This document shows positions 49,511 through 59,604 of a DNA stretch of 64,000 nt, piece after piece; within the stretch, counting starts at the first letter, position 1; every line of letters begins with the position of its first letter. The notes under the pieces are model-generated. The model saw nothing but the letters and a program-made list of their open reading frames with translations, did not search any database and was not told the origin of the DNA. This stretch comes from an uncultured Candidatus Rokubacteria bacterium (GTDB taxonomy: Bacteria > Methylomirabilota > Methylomirabilia > Rokubacteriales > DASRDR01), in assembly GCA_963805625.1 (NCBI GenBank), contig CAWDVE010000011.1:96001-160000 (forward strand). Direction: 5' to 3'. A program made the position numbers and the translations under genes.

Positions 49511-49541
49511 CGCGTCGTGCCGTCCGGGGGACGGCCTCAGG

Positions 49542-50132
49542 TTACCTGCTGCGCTTCTTCCGAGCGGCCTTGCGTCCCGCCGGCCGGACCTGGCGCGTCC
49601 GGGCCGCCTTGTCCCTGGCCTTGAGCAGGCCGCGGATGTATGACGCCTCGCCGGCATGCTGGTGGCAGTCGGCCACGATGCTGACGATGCGCACGCCAAC
49701 TGTTGGTGGGTCCGGCCCCGGCTCGAGCTCGCGTTCGAGGTCGGCCGGGCGGAGGGCGGCGAGGTACTGCTTCGTCCGATCCGTGACCGCGTGCAGGTAG
49801 TCGAGCTGGACCTTCGCGCTCGGCGACCGGAACGCCTTCACCTGCTCGGGCGTGTGCCCGTACCCGGAATCGTCGTGGTCCGGCGGCCGGTCGAACTTCG
49901 CGTGCCAGCCGTCGCGGGTCCAGAGACCCGGCTCGCCCATGAGATCGGCGATCTGGGCATCCTGCACGCGCGTGAGATGCCACACGGTCCAGCCGAGGGG
50001 GTTGCAGCCGGAACGGGGCTGCCAGTCGAGGTCGGCGGTGCGAACGCCCGCCAGCACCTCCTCCATCAGCTCCGGCAGCCGATCGTAGCCGTCGACGATG
50101 AGCTCGCGCCATTCCATGGCGTCCTCCCGCAT
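49542..50132 (-). CDS. DinB family (DUF664-like) protein
   Basis: NPLGWTVWHLTRVQD, DSGYGH, DCHQHAGEASY. Confidence 0.85.
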   Translation of the reverse strand: MREDAMEWRELIVDGYDRLPELMEEVLAGVRTADLDWQPRSGCNPLGWTVWHLTRVQDAQIADLMGEPGLWTRDGWHAKFDRPPDHDDSGYGHTPEQVKAFRSPSAKVQLDYLHAVTDRTKQYLAALRPADLERELEPGPDPPTVGVRIVSIVADCHQHAGEASYIRGLLKARDKAARTRQVRPAGRKAARKKRSR

Positions 50133-50167
50133 CGCGCCATCCACGATGTCCTGGCGCGATTGGCGCG

Positions 50168-50196
50168 AGTTTAGGAACGGCCTCCACCAGTGTCAA
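50168..50196 (-). promoter_or_regulatory. sigma70-type promoter of the DinB gene
   Basis: TTGACA-N17-TAAACT. Confidence 0.65.
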
Positions 50197-50249
50197 GCCT
50201 CGCCGACATCAGACTACCGGCTGCGGCTGCCCGCGGAGGTCCGAACGCG

Positions 50250-51698
50250 TTACTCCGCCGCGGCGCGCGCGGGGATCGGGGGAGCGCCGACACCGGCCGC
50301 AACGGTCGGGACTGCCGCCGGCGCCGCCAGGCCGAGGTCGCGGATCAGGCGCGCGAGATAGGTCCGCTGGAGCCCGAGGAGGCGCGCCGCCCGCGTGCGG
50401 TTCCCGCTGGTCCGGCGGAGGGTGGACGCGATGAGCCCGCGCTTGAACTCCTCGATGGCTGCGTGATACGTCCGCACCGCCTCCCGGGTCATCCCGTCCG
50501 TGAGCCCGACCTCCCGGATCTCGGCGGGCAAGTCCTGCGGCGCGACGTCGGGCCCGTCGGCGAGGACAGCGGCGCGCTCGATCACGTTCTCGAGCTCCCG
50601 GACGTTCCCCGGCCAGGCATACCGGCGGAGAGTCGACAGCGTCTCGGGCGTGATGCCGTGCAGCTCGCGCTTGAGCTCCCGCCGGTAGCGCCCGAGGAAG
50701 TGCCGGGCGAGCGCGGGAACGTCCCCTGCCCGCTCGCGAAGCGGCGGCAGGGTCACGCTCACGACGTCGAGCCGGTAGTAGAGGTCCAGGCGGAAGAGGC
50801 CGTCCCGGACCGCGGCCCGAAGGTCCCTGTTGGTGGCGGCGACGAAGCGGACGTCGGTCTGGATCGGCCGCGTCCCCCCGACGCGCTCGAAGGTCTGGTC
50901 CTGGAGCACGCGGAGGAGCTTGGCCTGGAGCGCAGGACGGATGTCGCCGATCTCGTCGAGGAACACCGTCCCGCCGTGGGCGACCTCGAGCTTCCCGCGC
51001 TTCTGCTGGTGGGCCCCCGTGAACGCGCCCTTCTCGTGGCCGAACAGCTCGGACTCGAGGAGCTCCTCGCTGAGGGCCACGCAGTTGACCACGACGAACG
51101 GCTGGTCCGCCCGGCGACTCCAGCGGTGGATCGCCCGAGCGATGACCTCCTTGCCCGTCCCGCTCTCGCCGAGGAGCAGCACCGTCGTCCCGCTCGGCGC
51201 CACCCTCCGGGCGACGTCCAGCACGGCCCGCATCTGGGAGCTGTCGCCGACGATGACGGCGTAGCGGTCTCCCACCTCGGAGGAGAGGAGCGCGTTCGCG
51301 TCGCGGAGCGCCTGACGCTCGAGCGCCTTGCCCAGCACGATCTCGAGGTGCCGGGGGTCGATCGGCTTGGAGACGAAGTCGTAGGCGCCCTTCTTCATCG
51401 CCTCCACGGCCCGCGCAATCGTCCCGTGCCCGGTGATGACGATCACGACGACATCCGGCTCCTCCCGCCGGATCGTCTCCAGCACGGCCATGCCGTCCAT
51501 GCCCGGCAGGACCAGGTCCAGCAAGACGATCGCGGGCGGCTCCTCGCGGCAGAGGCGGAGGGCCTCGGGGCCGCGGTCGGCCACCGATACCTGGAAGCCG
51601 AGGAAGCGGAGTCGGTCGCTCAGCGCCTCGCAGAAGTCCGGATCGTCGTCGACCAGGAGAACGCGCGCGGGAGGGGCCATGGCTCGATCCTCAGTCAC
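50250..51698 (-). CDS. sigma54-dependent response regulator (NtrC family)
   Basis: REC domain, GESGTGKE, GAFTGA, FLDEIG, WPGNVREL, Fis-type HTH. Confidence 0.96.
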   Translation of the reverse strand: MTEDRAMAPPARVLLVDDDPDFCEALSDRLRFLGFQVSVADRGPEALRLCREEPPAIVLLDLVLPGMDGMAVLETIRREEPDVVVIVITGHGTIARAVEAMKKGAYDFVSKPIDPRHLEIVLGKALERQALRDANALLSSEVGDRYAVIVGDSSQMRAVLDVARRVAPSGTTVLLLGESGTGKEVIARAIHRWSRRADQPFVVVNCVALSEELLESELFGHEKGAFTGAHQQKRGKLEVAHGGTVFLDEIGDIRPALQAKLLRVLQDQTFERVGGTRPIQTDVRFVAATNRDLRAAVRDGLFRLDLYYRLDVVSVTLPPLRERAGDVPALARHFLGRYRRELKRELHGITPETLSTLRRYAWPGNVRELENVIERAAVLADGPDVAPQDLPAEIREVGLTDGMTREAVRTYHAAIEEFKRGLIASTLRRTSGNRTRAARLLGLQRTYLARLIRDLGLAAPAAVPTVAAGVGAPPIPARAAAE

Positions 51699-52098
51699 GG
51701 CGGAACGCCTGCGCCGTGAGGCGCAGGAGCTCGCCGGGGTCGAAGGGCTTGAGCATGAAGTCGTCGGCGCCGCGGGCGCGGCACGCCTCGCGGAGGGGAC
51801 GGTTGGGGGACCCGGTCAGCACGATCACGCGGGCGGCGGGCGCCGCCTGCCGAATCTCCGGCAGGGCCTCGAAGCCGCCGAGCCGCGGCATCTTGAGGTC
51901 GAGAATGATGCAGCCGGGGCGCGCGTCGCGCGCGCAGGCGAGGGCCTCGATCCCATCGCGCGCGGTGAGGACACGGTACCCGGCGGCTGTTAGGCGGTCG
52001 GAGACCATCTGGAGCAGATCCGCCTCGTCGTCGACGACGAGGACGAGGCGGTCCTCCCCGGCCGCCGGCGGGAGCAAGGGAGTCGGCAGGACGGTCAT
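51691..52098 (-). CDS. single-domain response regulator
   Basis: LVVDDE, ILDLKMP, LTG, KPF. Confidence 0.92.
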   Translation of the reverse strand: MTVLPTPLLPPAAGEDRLVLVVDDEADLLQMVSDRLTAAGYRVLTARDGIEALACARDARPGCIILDLKMPRLGGFEALPEIRQAAPAARVIVLTGSPNRPLREACRARGADDFMLKPFDPGELLRLTAQAFRRD

Positions 52099-53339
52099 CC
52101 GGCCATCCCACCCGGGACGGGCAGCAGCAGGATGAAGGCCGCGCCGCCGTCCGGCGCGTCCTCCACCCAGATCCGGCCGCCGTGGAGCTCGACCAGATGG
52201 CGCGCAATGGTGAGGCCGAGACCGGTGCCGGGCGGCCGCTCCACTTCGACCCGACCGACCTGGTAGAACTTGTCGAACACGCGCTCGCGCTCGGCCGGCG
52301 GGATCCCGGGACCGCTGTCCTCGACCGCGAGGCGGACCAGTCCTCCGGCGGCGGGGCGGGCCGTGACCACCACCTGGCCCCCCGGCGGGCTGAATTTGAT
52401 GGCGTTCGTCAGGAGGTTCGTCAGGATCTGGTGCACCCGGTCCGGATCCGCCCAGACCGGCAAGCACGGCGCCAGGTCAGGGGCCACGCGGACTCGGCGC
52501 TCGTCCGCGAGGTGGCGAAGGCCATCGACGGCGTCGGCGACCAGATCAGCGACCGGGAGCGCTCGCGGGATGAGCTCGATCTTGCCCGCCTCGATCCGTG
52601 TGAGATCGAGGAGGTCCGACACCATGCGACCCAACCGGTCGGTGTTGTCCCGGACGCGACCGAGGTAGTGGCGGGGCTTGTCGGTGAGCGGCCCGGCCAC
52701 GCCGTCCAGGAGGTTGTCGACGTAGCCCTTGACTGCGGCCAGCGGGGTCCGGAGCTCGTGAGAGACGTTGCCGAGGAAGTCGGACTTGAGCTGGTCGACC
52801 TCACGGAGGCGGGCGTGTGAGGCCTCGAGCTGCCGGTACGTGGCCTCCAGCTCGGCCGTCCGCTCGTGCACCTTGGCCTCGAGCTGGGCGGCGGAGTCCT
52901 GGAGCCGGCGATAGAGGTGGGCGTTCTGGATCACCACCGCGACCTGGGCCGCGAAGACTGTCACGAGCCGGACGTCGTTTTCCGACAGTCCGCCCGGCTT
53001 GTTGGCGATCGAGATCTTTCCGACGAAGCGTCCCTCGTGGAAGAGGGGGATCTCCGTCAGGTTGTAGACGCCGAACGGCCGGAGGAAGGCGCGCTGCTCC
53101 TCGTTGAACTCCTCCGGCCGCTTGTTGACCATCGGGCCCCGGTGCCGGAAGTTCCAGGCGGGCCGGAGTGCGTCGGCGGGGTAGCGGACCTTCTTGAGCA
53201 GCTCGTCCGCCACGTTGTAGCCCGGCCACTGGCAGACGAACTCGCGGGTCTCCGGCTCGTAGAGCGAGATCACGCACTTCTCGCAGCCGACGAGCTCCGC
53301 CAGCTGGCGGGTGAGCCGACCGTAGGTCTCGCGGATGTC
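52095..53339 (-). pseudogene. GAF-HisKA-HATPase sensor kinase, 5'-truncated by the integrated element (first usable GTG 53273)
   Basis: SHELRTPL, NAIKFS, DSGPGI, GTGLGL; GAF-like frame continues upstream (DIRETYGRLTRQLAELVGCEKC) until about 53340 with no start codon or RBS. Confidence 0.8.
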
Positions 53340-54904
53340 ACCCCTCGGGACGGTTCCATGGGCACGGTGGGTGTCGACGGCTCGACCGACGGCCCGACCG
53401 TGGGCACCATCCCCGCAATGGTCAGCTCACCCGAGGGATGCACCACGATCTCGTCGATGGCCGCCGTGAGGATCGTCCGGCGGGCCGCGCCCTGCACGGC
53501 CGCCAGCCCGCCCGGCAGCGTCCGGAGCCATCGCCGCAGGAGCGCATCCTGCCCGACCGCCTGGGTGCGCGCCTGCGCCTGGGCGGCGACCACCCCATCC
53601 AGGCGGGCGAGGCGCTCGCGGAGCAGCGTCCGTTCCCCCTCCAGGGTCGCCAGCCGAGCGCGCAGCTCGGCCTCAGGCCGCGGGGCGCTGTCGTCCAGGA
53701 ACACGTCGAGAGCCTTCTGGATCTGTCGCTCGAGCCGAGTCAGGGCCGTGCGCAGCTGGACACGTCCTGACTCCGCCTCCACGTCGGCCACGGCCCGCGT
53801 CGTCTCACGCCGGGACAAGTGCGGCCAGAGGGCCGCCGGGTCCTGGAACGCCTTGCGCAGCGCCGCCCAGACGCGGGCCTCCAGCGGCGCGGCGGCGTGC
53901 TGCGGCAGGCCACACTTCCGGGGCAGGCCGAGCTTCATGTAGTCCACGGATGCGCACCGGTACGCCGTTGCACCCCGCCGGCCCGGGACGCCGTAGAGCC
54001 GTCGGCCGCACACGCCGCACCGAAGGAGCCCGCGCAAGAGGTACACCGCCCGTGCCGGGCGCCCGCCGCGCCGCTGGGTCAGACTGGCCTGAACGCGCGC
54101 CCACAGGGCGGTCGGCACAAGCGCGGGCACGGGGATCCCGATCCAGTCCCCTTCGGGCTTCCGCGTGATGAGCGCCGACCGGCGTCCCGTCACGCGCGTG
54201 TAGCGCCGCCGGTTGTACACCGCCATCCCCTGGTAGGCCGGGTTGATCAGGATGCGGTGCAGCGTGGTCGTGAGCCAGCGGCCCCCGTGCGGCGCGGCGA
54301 TGCCAAGGTCGTGGAGCCGCCGGATAGCGGCCCGGATCGACAGCCCCTCGTCGCCGACCCAGCGAAACACATCGGCGACGACGGCCGCGGGGCCGGGATC
54401 CGGCTCAAGCGTCCCCGCGGCGTAGCGATAGCCGTGGGGCCAGCGGCCCGTCACGAAGCGCCCGCTCCGCGCCTTGGCCAGCCGACCGGCGTGGGTGCGC
54501 TCCCGGATCTGGGCGCGCTCGAGCTGACTGACGCCGGCCATGACGGTCTGGATGAAGTCGCCCACCGGCGTCGGCTCGGACGGCAGCGCCAGGTACTCCA
54601 CCCGCACGCCGACTTCGGTGAAGGCGTGGACGACGTTCGCCCACACGCGGAGGTCCCGCGCGAGCCGGGAGGAGTCGAGCGTGAGAACGACGTCGCACTG
54701 GCCCGCGCGGGCGTCGGCGAGCAGGCGATCGAGGTCCGGCCGGCGCTCGACCGCGCCGGAGATGCCTTGGTCGGTATAGATCCCGGCGATGGTGTCCCCA
54801 CGCCGGACGACGGCTGACTCCAGCGCGTGGCGCTGCGCCGCAAGCCCGTACCGTTCCGCCTGGTCATCAGTCGACACGCGGCAGTAGAGAGCGACCCGCA
54901 TCAC
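53270..54904 (-). CDS. large serine recombinase (integrase)
   Basis: ALYCRVSTDDQ, SRLAR, ERAQIRERT..GR, PHGY, NPAYQG, LLRCGVCG...YRC zinc ribbon, coiled coil. Confidence 0.95.
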   Translation of the reverse strand: MMRVALYCRVSTDDQAERYGLAAQRHALESAVVRRGDTIAGIYTDQGISGAVERRPDLDRLLADARAGQCDVVLTLDSSRLARDLRVWANVVHAFTEVGVRVEYLALPSEPTPVGDFIQTVMAGVSQLERAQIRERTHAGRLAKARSGRFVTGRWPHGYRYAAGTLEPDPGPAAVVADVFRWVGDEGLSIRAAIRRLHDLGIAAPHGGRWLTTTLHRILINPAYQGMAVYNRRRYTRVTGRRSALITRKPEGDWIGIPVPALVPTALWARVQASLTQRRGGRPARAVYLLRGLLRCGVCGRRLYGVPGRRGATAYRCASVDYMKLGLPRKCGLPQHAAAPLEARVWAALRKAFQDPAALWPHLSRRETTRAVADVEAESGRVQLRTALTRLERQIQKALDVFLDDSAPRPEAELRARLATLEGERTLLRERLARLDGVVAAQAQARTQAVGQDALLRRWLRTLPGGLAAVQGAARRTILTAAIDEIVVHPSGELTIAGMVPTVGPSVEPSTPTVPMEPSRGVTSARPTVGSPASWRSSSAARSA

Positions 54905-55074
54905 GCCGCCTCCTCGGGCCCGTACTCGGGCGGCACGGCGGTCAGGAGCGCCTCGACCAGCGCCGCCCAGCGCGCGGCATCCGCCTCGACCGGCACCCAC
55001 GTCACCCCGGCCTCGGGGTCGGCCTGAGTGTCGTGAGGCGAGGACGACACGTCAAGGGGCACAGCCATCGCCAT
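54901..55074 (-). CDS. small hypothetical protein coupled to the integrase
   Basis: Its TGA overlaps the integrase start; ends GAGGAGG (EEAA), which also serves as an RBS. Confidence 0.55.
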   Translation of the reverse strand: MAMAVPLDVSSSPHDTQADPEAGVTWVPVEADAARWAALVEALLTAVPPEYGPEEAA

Positions 55075-55431
55075 CCGGTAACGCGACGCTGCCCGCCGGG
55101 CAAGTCCGTGAGGCGTCGGCGCCCTCCACGGCCTTGCGTACCGCCTGATCATCCCGATCTCCGCCGTGTTGGCCACCCGCGGCGGCATCGCCTACCCGTT
55201 GATCGTCGCCATCTACGACGTGGTGGTCTACACCGCCTACTAGACCGTCAACGGGATGGTCGCGGTGCACGACGGCGAGGATTCGCCGGGCACCGAGCGG
55301 GATGGACACCTCGGCTCTCCAGTGAGACGGCAAGGCCGCGAGGAGCAGCGCCTGGGGCCGGGTGAGCTCCCGGCCGTTCCCGCCCCTGGACCGGCGGCCG
55401 TGGCCGATGCGCGCGCGAGGCGTTGGGGGGA

Positions 55432-57920
55432 TCACGAGTCGTCCTCGCCCCGGACCCAGGGGGGCTCCTCCTCGGAGGGCTCCGAGGGTTCGGAGGATTC
55501 CTGACCACCCCAGCGATCGCGCGCGCGCGCGTGTGCGTGGGCAATGGGTGGCACACCCTCCGAATCCTCCGGACACTCCGAGAGGCGCCAGCGGATGCCA
55601 CCGGTGTCGCTCGCCGTGGGCGCTTTCTCAACCCTGAGCCGCCGGGAATCCTCGAGGCGGTAGACGCAGTCCTGGATCTTCCCCAGCAGGCGGCCGAGCC
55701 GAATCCGCTGCGCCTGCACGGTTCTCCCCTCCACGTCGAGTCCGACCTCCGGCGCGAGAGCGACGGGGACTAGCTCGGCCACCGGCTGTGGAGTGGTGCC
55801 ATGCTGTTCCCACCAGAGGGCCAGGAAGGTCCGAACCAGGGCCGTCTCGTTGTCGGCCCGCTCGTATAGGGCCGCCCGGTTCTCGAGGAACCCCGGAATG
55901 TCCGCCGACGCCAGGATGCCCGCGATCACGCGGGCCCAGGCCTCGAACATACCCAACGCGGGCACGCGCGGCGGCGCAGGCCGATCTGTGGCAAGCCATG
56001 CCTGGCAGAGCACAAGGAAGGCGCGCACGAGGGCTGGACGGGAGGCGTCGACCCACGCGAGAAGGTCCGGGTGGCGAAACGCATGTCGCTCCCAAGGGCG
56101 ATCGCGCCGGGCGTCCAGGCGGCACGACACGGTTCGCCGGGCAAGTTCAGGTGACAAGACCGGATTGTTGCCGGTCGCGATCCAAGCGCAGCGCACGGGC
56201 AGATGCACCATCTCTGACCGCCCGAGAACCCGGTCCGTCCAATATTCGGCGGTGATGGCAGCGCTGAGGGCGGCCGAATCGAGGCGGCGGCGGAGATTGT
56301 CGATCCAGGCGATTGCCGGACTGCCCATGAGAGTCGAGGTGATCCGCTTTCTCCATTCGTCCTCGTCCTGCCCTTCGCTCATGGTTCCGGGATCTCGCCC
56401 GGTGGCGACGCGGGCGAGGGCGGCGACCAAGAGGGAGGCACCTGTGCCCGGCGTCGGTTTCTCCACGAGGATCAGCGGAACAGGCCCCTTGATGAGCGGA
56501 CGGACGAACAACGTTATTGCGAATGCGACGACATGGGCTAGGTCGGCCGCGCCGACGAACGGAAATTCTCCCAGGAGCTCCTTGAGCACCAGTTCTCGGG
56601 CCGCTGTGACGTCAGCGGGTGTGGGCGCGGACGGCACCTGAGGCACCACGAACCCAGATGGCGGTGCGTAGATCACACGGCTCTCGGGGTCGTAGCCGGC
56701 CGTCGCGTGCAGCCGGCCGGACGGTGTAAACACCGGCGTTTCGGTGATTTGCTCGAGTACGGGCAGGGGAGCGTTTGGCCGGGCCAAGAGGTCGCGCACG
56801 ACGGGCATAGGTGGATAGACACGCTGAAGCTGATCACCTCGACGCTGTCGCCAGTCCGCGACTCGGGCTAGGTGGTGGCGGAGGCGGTCTGGGGTCAAGG
56901 GACGACCTACTGGGCCGCCATTGTCGTCTCGCTCGATCCGGGCGAGGTTTCCGGCCCAGCGGAAGAACTGTGGTGGTTTGTTCGCTGCCTCCAGCGCGGC
57001 CCAGGCCGCCGCCGCAAGGCGAGGCAAATCCTGGTCGTCCGTCTCGATCATCGGGACATCCAGCTCGACGCGGGGGAGTTGGCCTATATCGTCTCCAGTG
57101 GCGCCCGTGCCGTGGATGTAGTCGTCGGCCCCGACCTTTGGATCTGTCACGACGCCACTCTCAGGTGATTGGGCAGGACGACGATGCGGGGTCGCGCACC
57201 CCGAAGACGGAGCGCCGTTGCGAGCCGGCGCACGCCGCGTTCCACACAGATGTTGGTCTGCCAGTCGCCGTCCGGCAGGAGCTCGATGACGCGACCGCTC
57301 ACGGGAATGACGTCGAAGTCTGGTAGGAGCTCGCGGGAGCCTCGGACATGCCACCCCTCGATCCCCTCGAACCCGACAGCCGGCAGGCTCAGTTGCGCGA
57401 CGCTCAGGGCCTTCTTGACGCCTTCCACCAACCACACCGGCTCGTCTCCCTTGAGGACGCGGGCCAGGCTCGGGACACAGAAGTACAGCCTGGGCGGGAC
57501 GCCTTTGGGCCCGAGATACTTCGTTGTGTGGCCGGTCTCGGAGATCAGCGGTGGGAAGACCTTGACCCTGACATGGTCCGTGAACCCGCCTGTGGGGGAC
57601 CGGAACGGAAAGAGCAGGGCCGAACGTACGACCGGCACGTCGAACCCCAGGAGCTTCGGCAGCATCGTCGGTGGGACCGAGCGGATGAAGTGCGCTCGGA
57701 TAGTCTCGTCGGTCAACCCACTCTTCGCGAGGTCAGCCCGATGCTCGGGTGCCAGCGCGCCGTCACAGAGGCATGAGAGGAGGAGGGCCAGGGTGGGATT
57801 CCTGCTCTCCTCACTTGGCGTCACTCTGGAGGCCCTCCGGGCTCCGGAACGAGCCCTCCCCGCTTGGAGGGTTGGGTCCGACGGCTTCATGCGGTCCTGG
57901 CGGTCTGTAGTCACGCTCAT
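55432..57920 (-). CDS. primase (DUF3854/Toprim-like) fused to a helicase-like domain; frame break near 57170
   Basis: KYLGPKG..PRLYF, LVEGVKKAL, GIEGW, PDGD in the 57147 frame; KVGADDY, PTPGTGAS, IDNL, ATGNN, RR in the 55432 frame. Confidence 0.8.
55472..55581. repeat. 3+3 inverted 9-bp iteron-like repeats (candidate replication origin)
   Basis: TCGGAGGGC/TCCGAGGGT/TCGGAGGAT (55472-55498) and ACCCTCCGA/ATCCTCCGG/ACACTCCGA (55555-55581) around a (CG)n run. Confidence 0.7.
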
Positions 57921-58222
57921 CGGGGGGTGAGCGAGAAATTCTCGAGGCGGCCCCGGCGTCGTCGCCGCAGGCGGAGGACCCGTGCCACTTCGGGCAGGCG
58001 CTCGGGCGCAAAGAGGACGCGGGCCTCCGTCGAGCCGATCTGGTGGGGTCGCACCCCCGGCACGGCCAGGAGTGGGATGATCTTCCGAGCCCGGTCGGTG
58101 TAGGCCGCCAGCGTCGTGGCATCGTGCCACTCTACTCGTCCGTACTTCCCGGGCAGGATTGGCCAGTGCTCGACGTCGGGCGCAATCCGGAAGCCGTGTT
58201 CACGCGCCACCAAGCGGAGCAT
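57917..58222 (-). CDS. phage-like hypothetical protein (start uncertain)
   Basis: PILPGKYGRVEW...HQIGSTEARVLF; stop overlaps the primase ATG. Confidence 0.6.
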   Translation of the reverse strand: MLRLVAREHGFRIAPDVEHWPILPGKYGRVEWHDATTLAAYTDRARKIIPLLAVPGVRPHQIGSTEARVLFAPERLPEVARVLRLRRRRRGRLENFSLTPR

Positions 58223-58432
58223 CGTGAACGCGCGTCGATGCTCGCTCGTACGTCCGGCACGAGGGTGCTCGCGCTGGCGGGGTCGGAGGACAGCGACGGG
58301 CGCTGCCCGATGGACGGGGCGGGGCGCGCGCCGGACGTTGCGCGACAACGGCGACTGAGGTACTGTTCCGATCAGCACGTTCGATTTCCTCCAGCGCCTC
58401 CAGAGCTAGCGACTCTTGGAGGCGCGTCTGTT

Positions 58433-58651
58433 TTAGGGTGTGTCCTCGTTCTCGGGAGCTCGCACGACCGTGGCATGAGCCGTCCGCTCGGCATACAGGC
58501 GGTCGATGATCTCCCGCGTGAACAGACGTGCGCCCCGGGGTGTGACCACGCTCGGACGAAGCCGGCCAGCCCTCACCAGCGCTCGGACTCCCGCCGGTGT
58601 GAGGCCAAGGACACGGCCCACATCGGCGGTTTCGAGGAGATGCTGCACCAT
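58433..58651 (-). CDS. helix-turn-helix protein (excisionase / MerR-like)
   Basis: LLETADVGRVLGLTPAGVRAL...TPRGARLF. Confidence 0.8.
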   Translation of the reverse strand: MVQHLLETADVGRVLGLTPAGVRALVRAGRLRPSVVTPRGARLFTREIIDRLYAERTAHATVVRAPENEDTP

Positions 58652-58736
58652 TACTGACCCCCCTTTCCTGTGATGTTGTGTGCATCTTCGCGCACGCATC
58701 ACGGGTAATGGGTCAACCAGGGCTGGAGCGTTTCAG

Positions 58737-58763
58737 GGATCCCCGCGTCTAGCGCGGGGATCC
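58737..58763. repeat. perfect 11-bp inverted repeat
   Basis: GGATCCCCGCG-TCTAG-CGCGGGGATCC upstream of the HTH gene. Confidence 0.8.
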
Positions 58764-58842
58764 GATGGGACGAACTTTCATTTGGTGACTAATGCGTCAA
58801 CTACCGGGAGCCGGGGCGAGCGTTCCTCCGAGAGGGTTATTT

Positions 58843-59604
58843 CTAGGGACGGGAGGTATTCCTCTCGCGTTTGGCCATCACGGTATGCGACCGCGTACAC
58901 CCCTTGGCGGGTGACGTTCGATATGTCGGTGATGTATCGAGGAAGAACTTGAGGCAGCCAGAGTGCTGGCATCGTCGAATACGACCGAGAGCATCGGGCC
59001 GAGTGGCGAAAAGAGCGACGACCGTGTCCATGAAGCGTTGCGTCCTGGGACGATGAGGGGAGTCTCGAGCCCATGACAAGAACCGCTCGGCATGTTCTCG
59101 CGCCTCACGTGCCTTGTGGACGATTGGGTTGACCGGGACGGACTCGATCTCATACTCCTCCGACCCGTCTGCATGTTCGTGTAACAGTGTCCATTTCACC
59201 CCGCGTGTCCCGGGCTCATGATGGGGGGGTGCCTCGGCCAATCCCGCGAGAACGCCAATAAGGGCACAGCCCCAGTCGTAGCCCTCCTCGAGACTTTCGC
59301 GACGAGAGTGCTCCCAGAGGCCAAGCCCGACCTGACAGAGTCGATCGAACTCCAACAACGAATCACGCGGTTCCGGTGTGTCTTGGCGAGACGGCCCGTC
59401 CCTCCACGGAACCGCAGTGTCGTTCTCATACATGTTTGTACGCATCGCATTGATGGCAGCCAAGGTCGCATCCCACAGGCGAAGCTCCTTGCGAGTGAAT
59501 GTGGGACGTCTGGGTCGACGCCTCTTGGCCTGTCTGGGAGCCTCATCATCGGTTCTCGCAATTCGGTCGAGCGTCTTGTCTTGTTGCCGCCGGACTTCGT
59601 TCAA
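58843..59604 (-). CDS. hypothetical protein with C-terminal CGNR-like zinc finger (start uncertain)
   Basis: RIRRCQHSGCLKFFLDTS...GCTRSH; lower GC. Confidence 0.55.
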   Translation of the reverse strand: MNEVRRQQDKTLDRIARTDDEAPRQAKRRRPRRPTFTRKELRLWDATLAAINAMRTNMYENDTAVPWRDGPSRQDTPEPRDSLLEFDRLCQVGLGLWEHSRRESLEEGYDWGCALIGVLAGLAEAPPHHEPGTRGVKWTLLHEHADGSEEYEIESVPVNPIVHKAREAREHAERFLSWARDSPHRPRTQRFMDTVVALFATRPDALGRIRRCQHSGCLKFFLDTSPTYRTSPAKGCTRSHTVMAKRERNTSRP

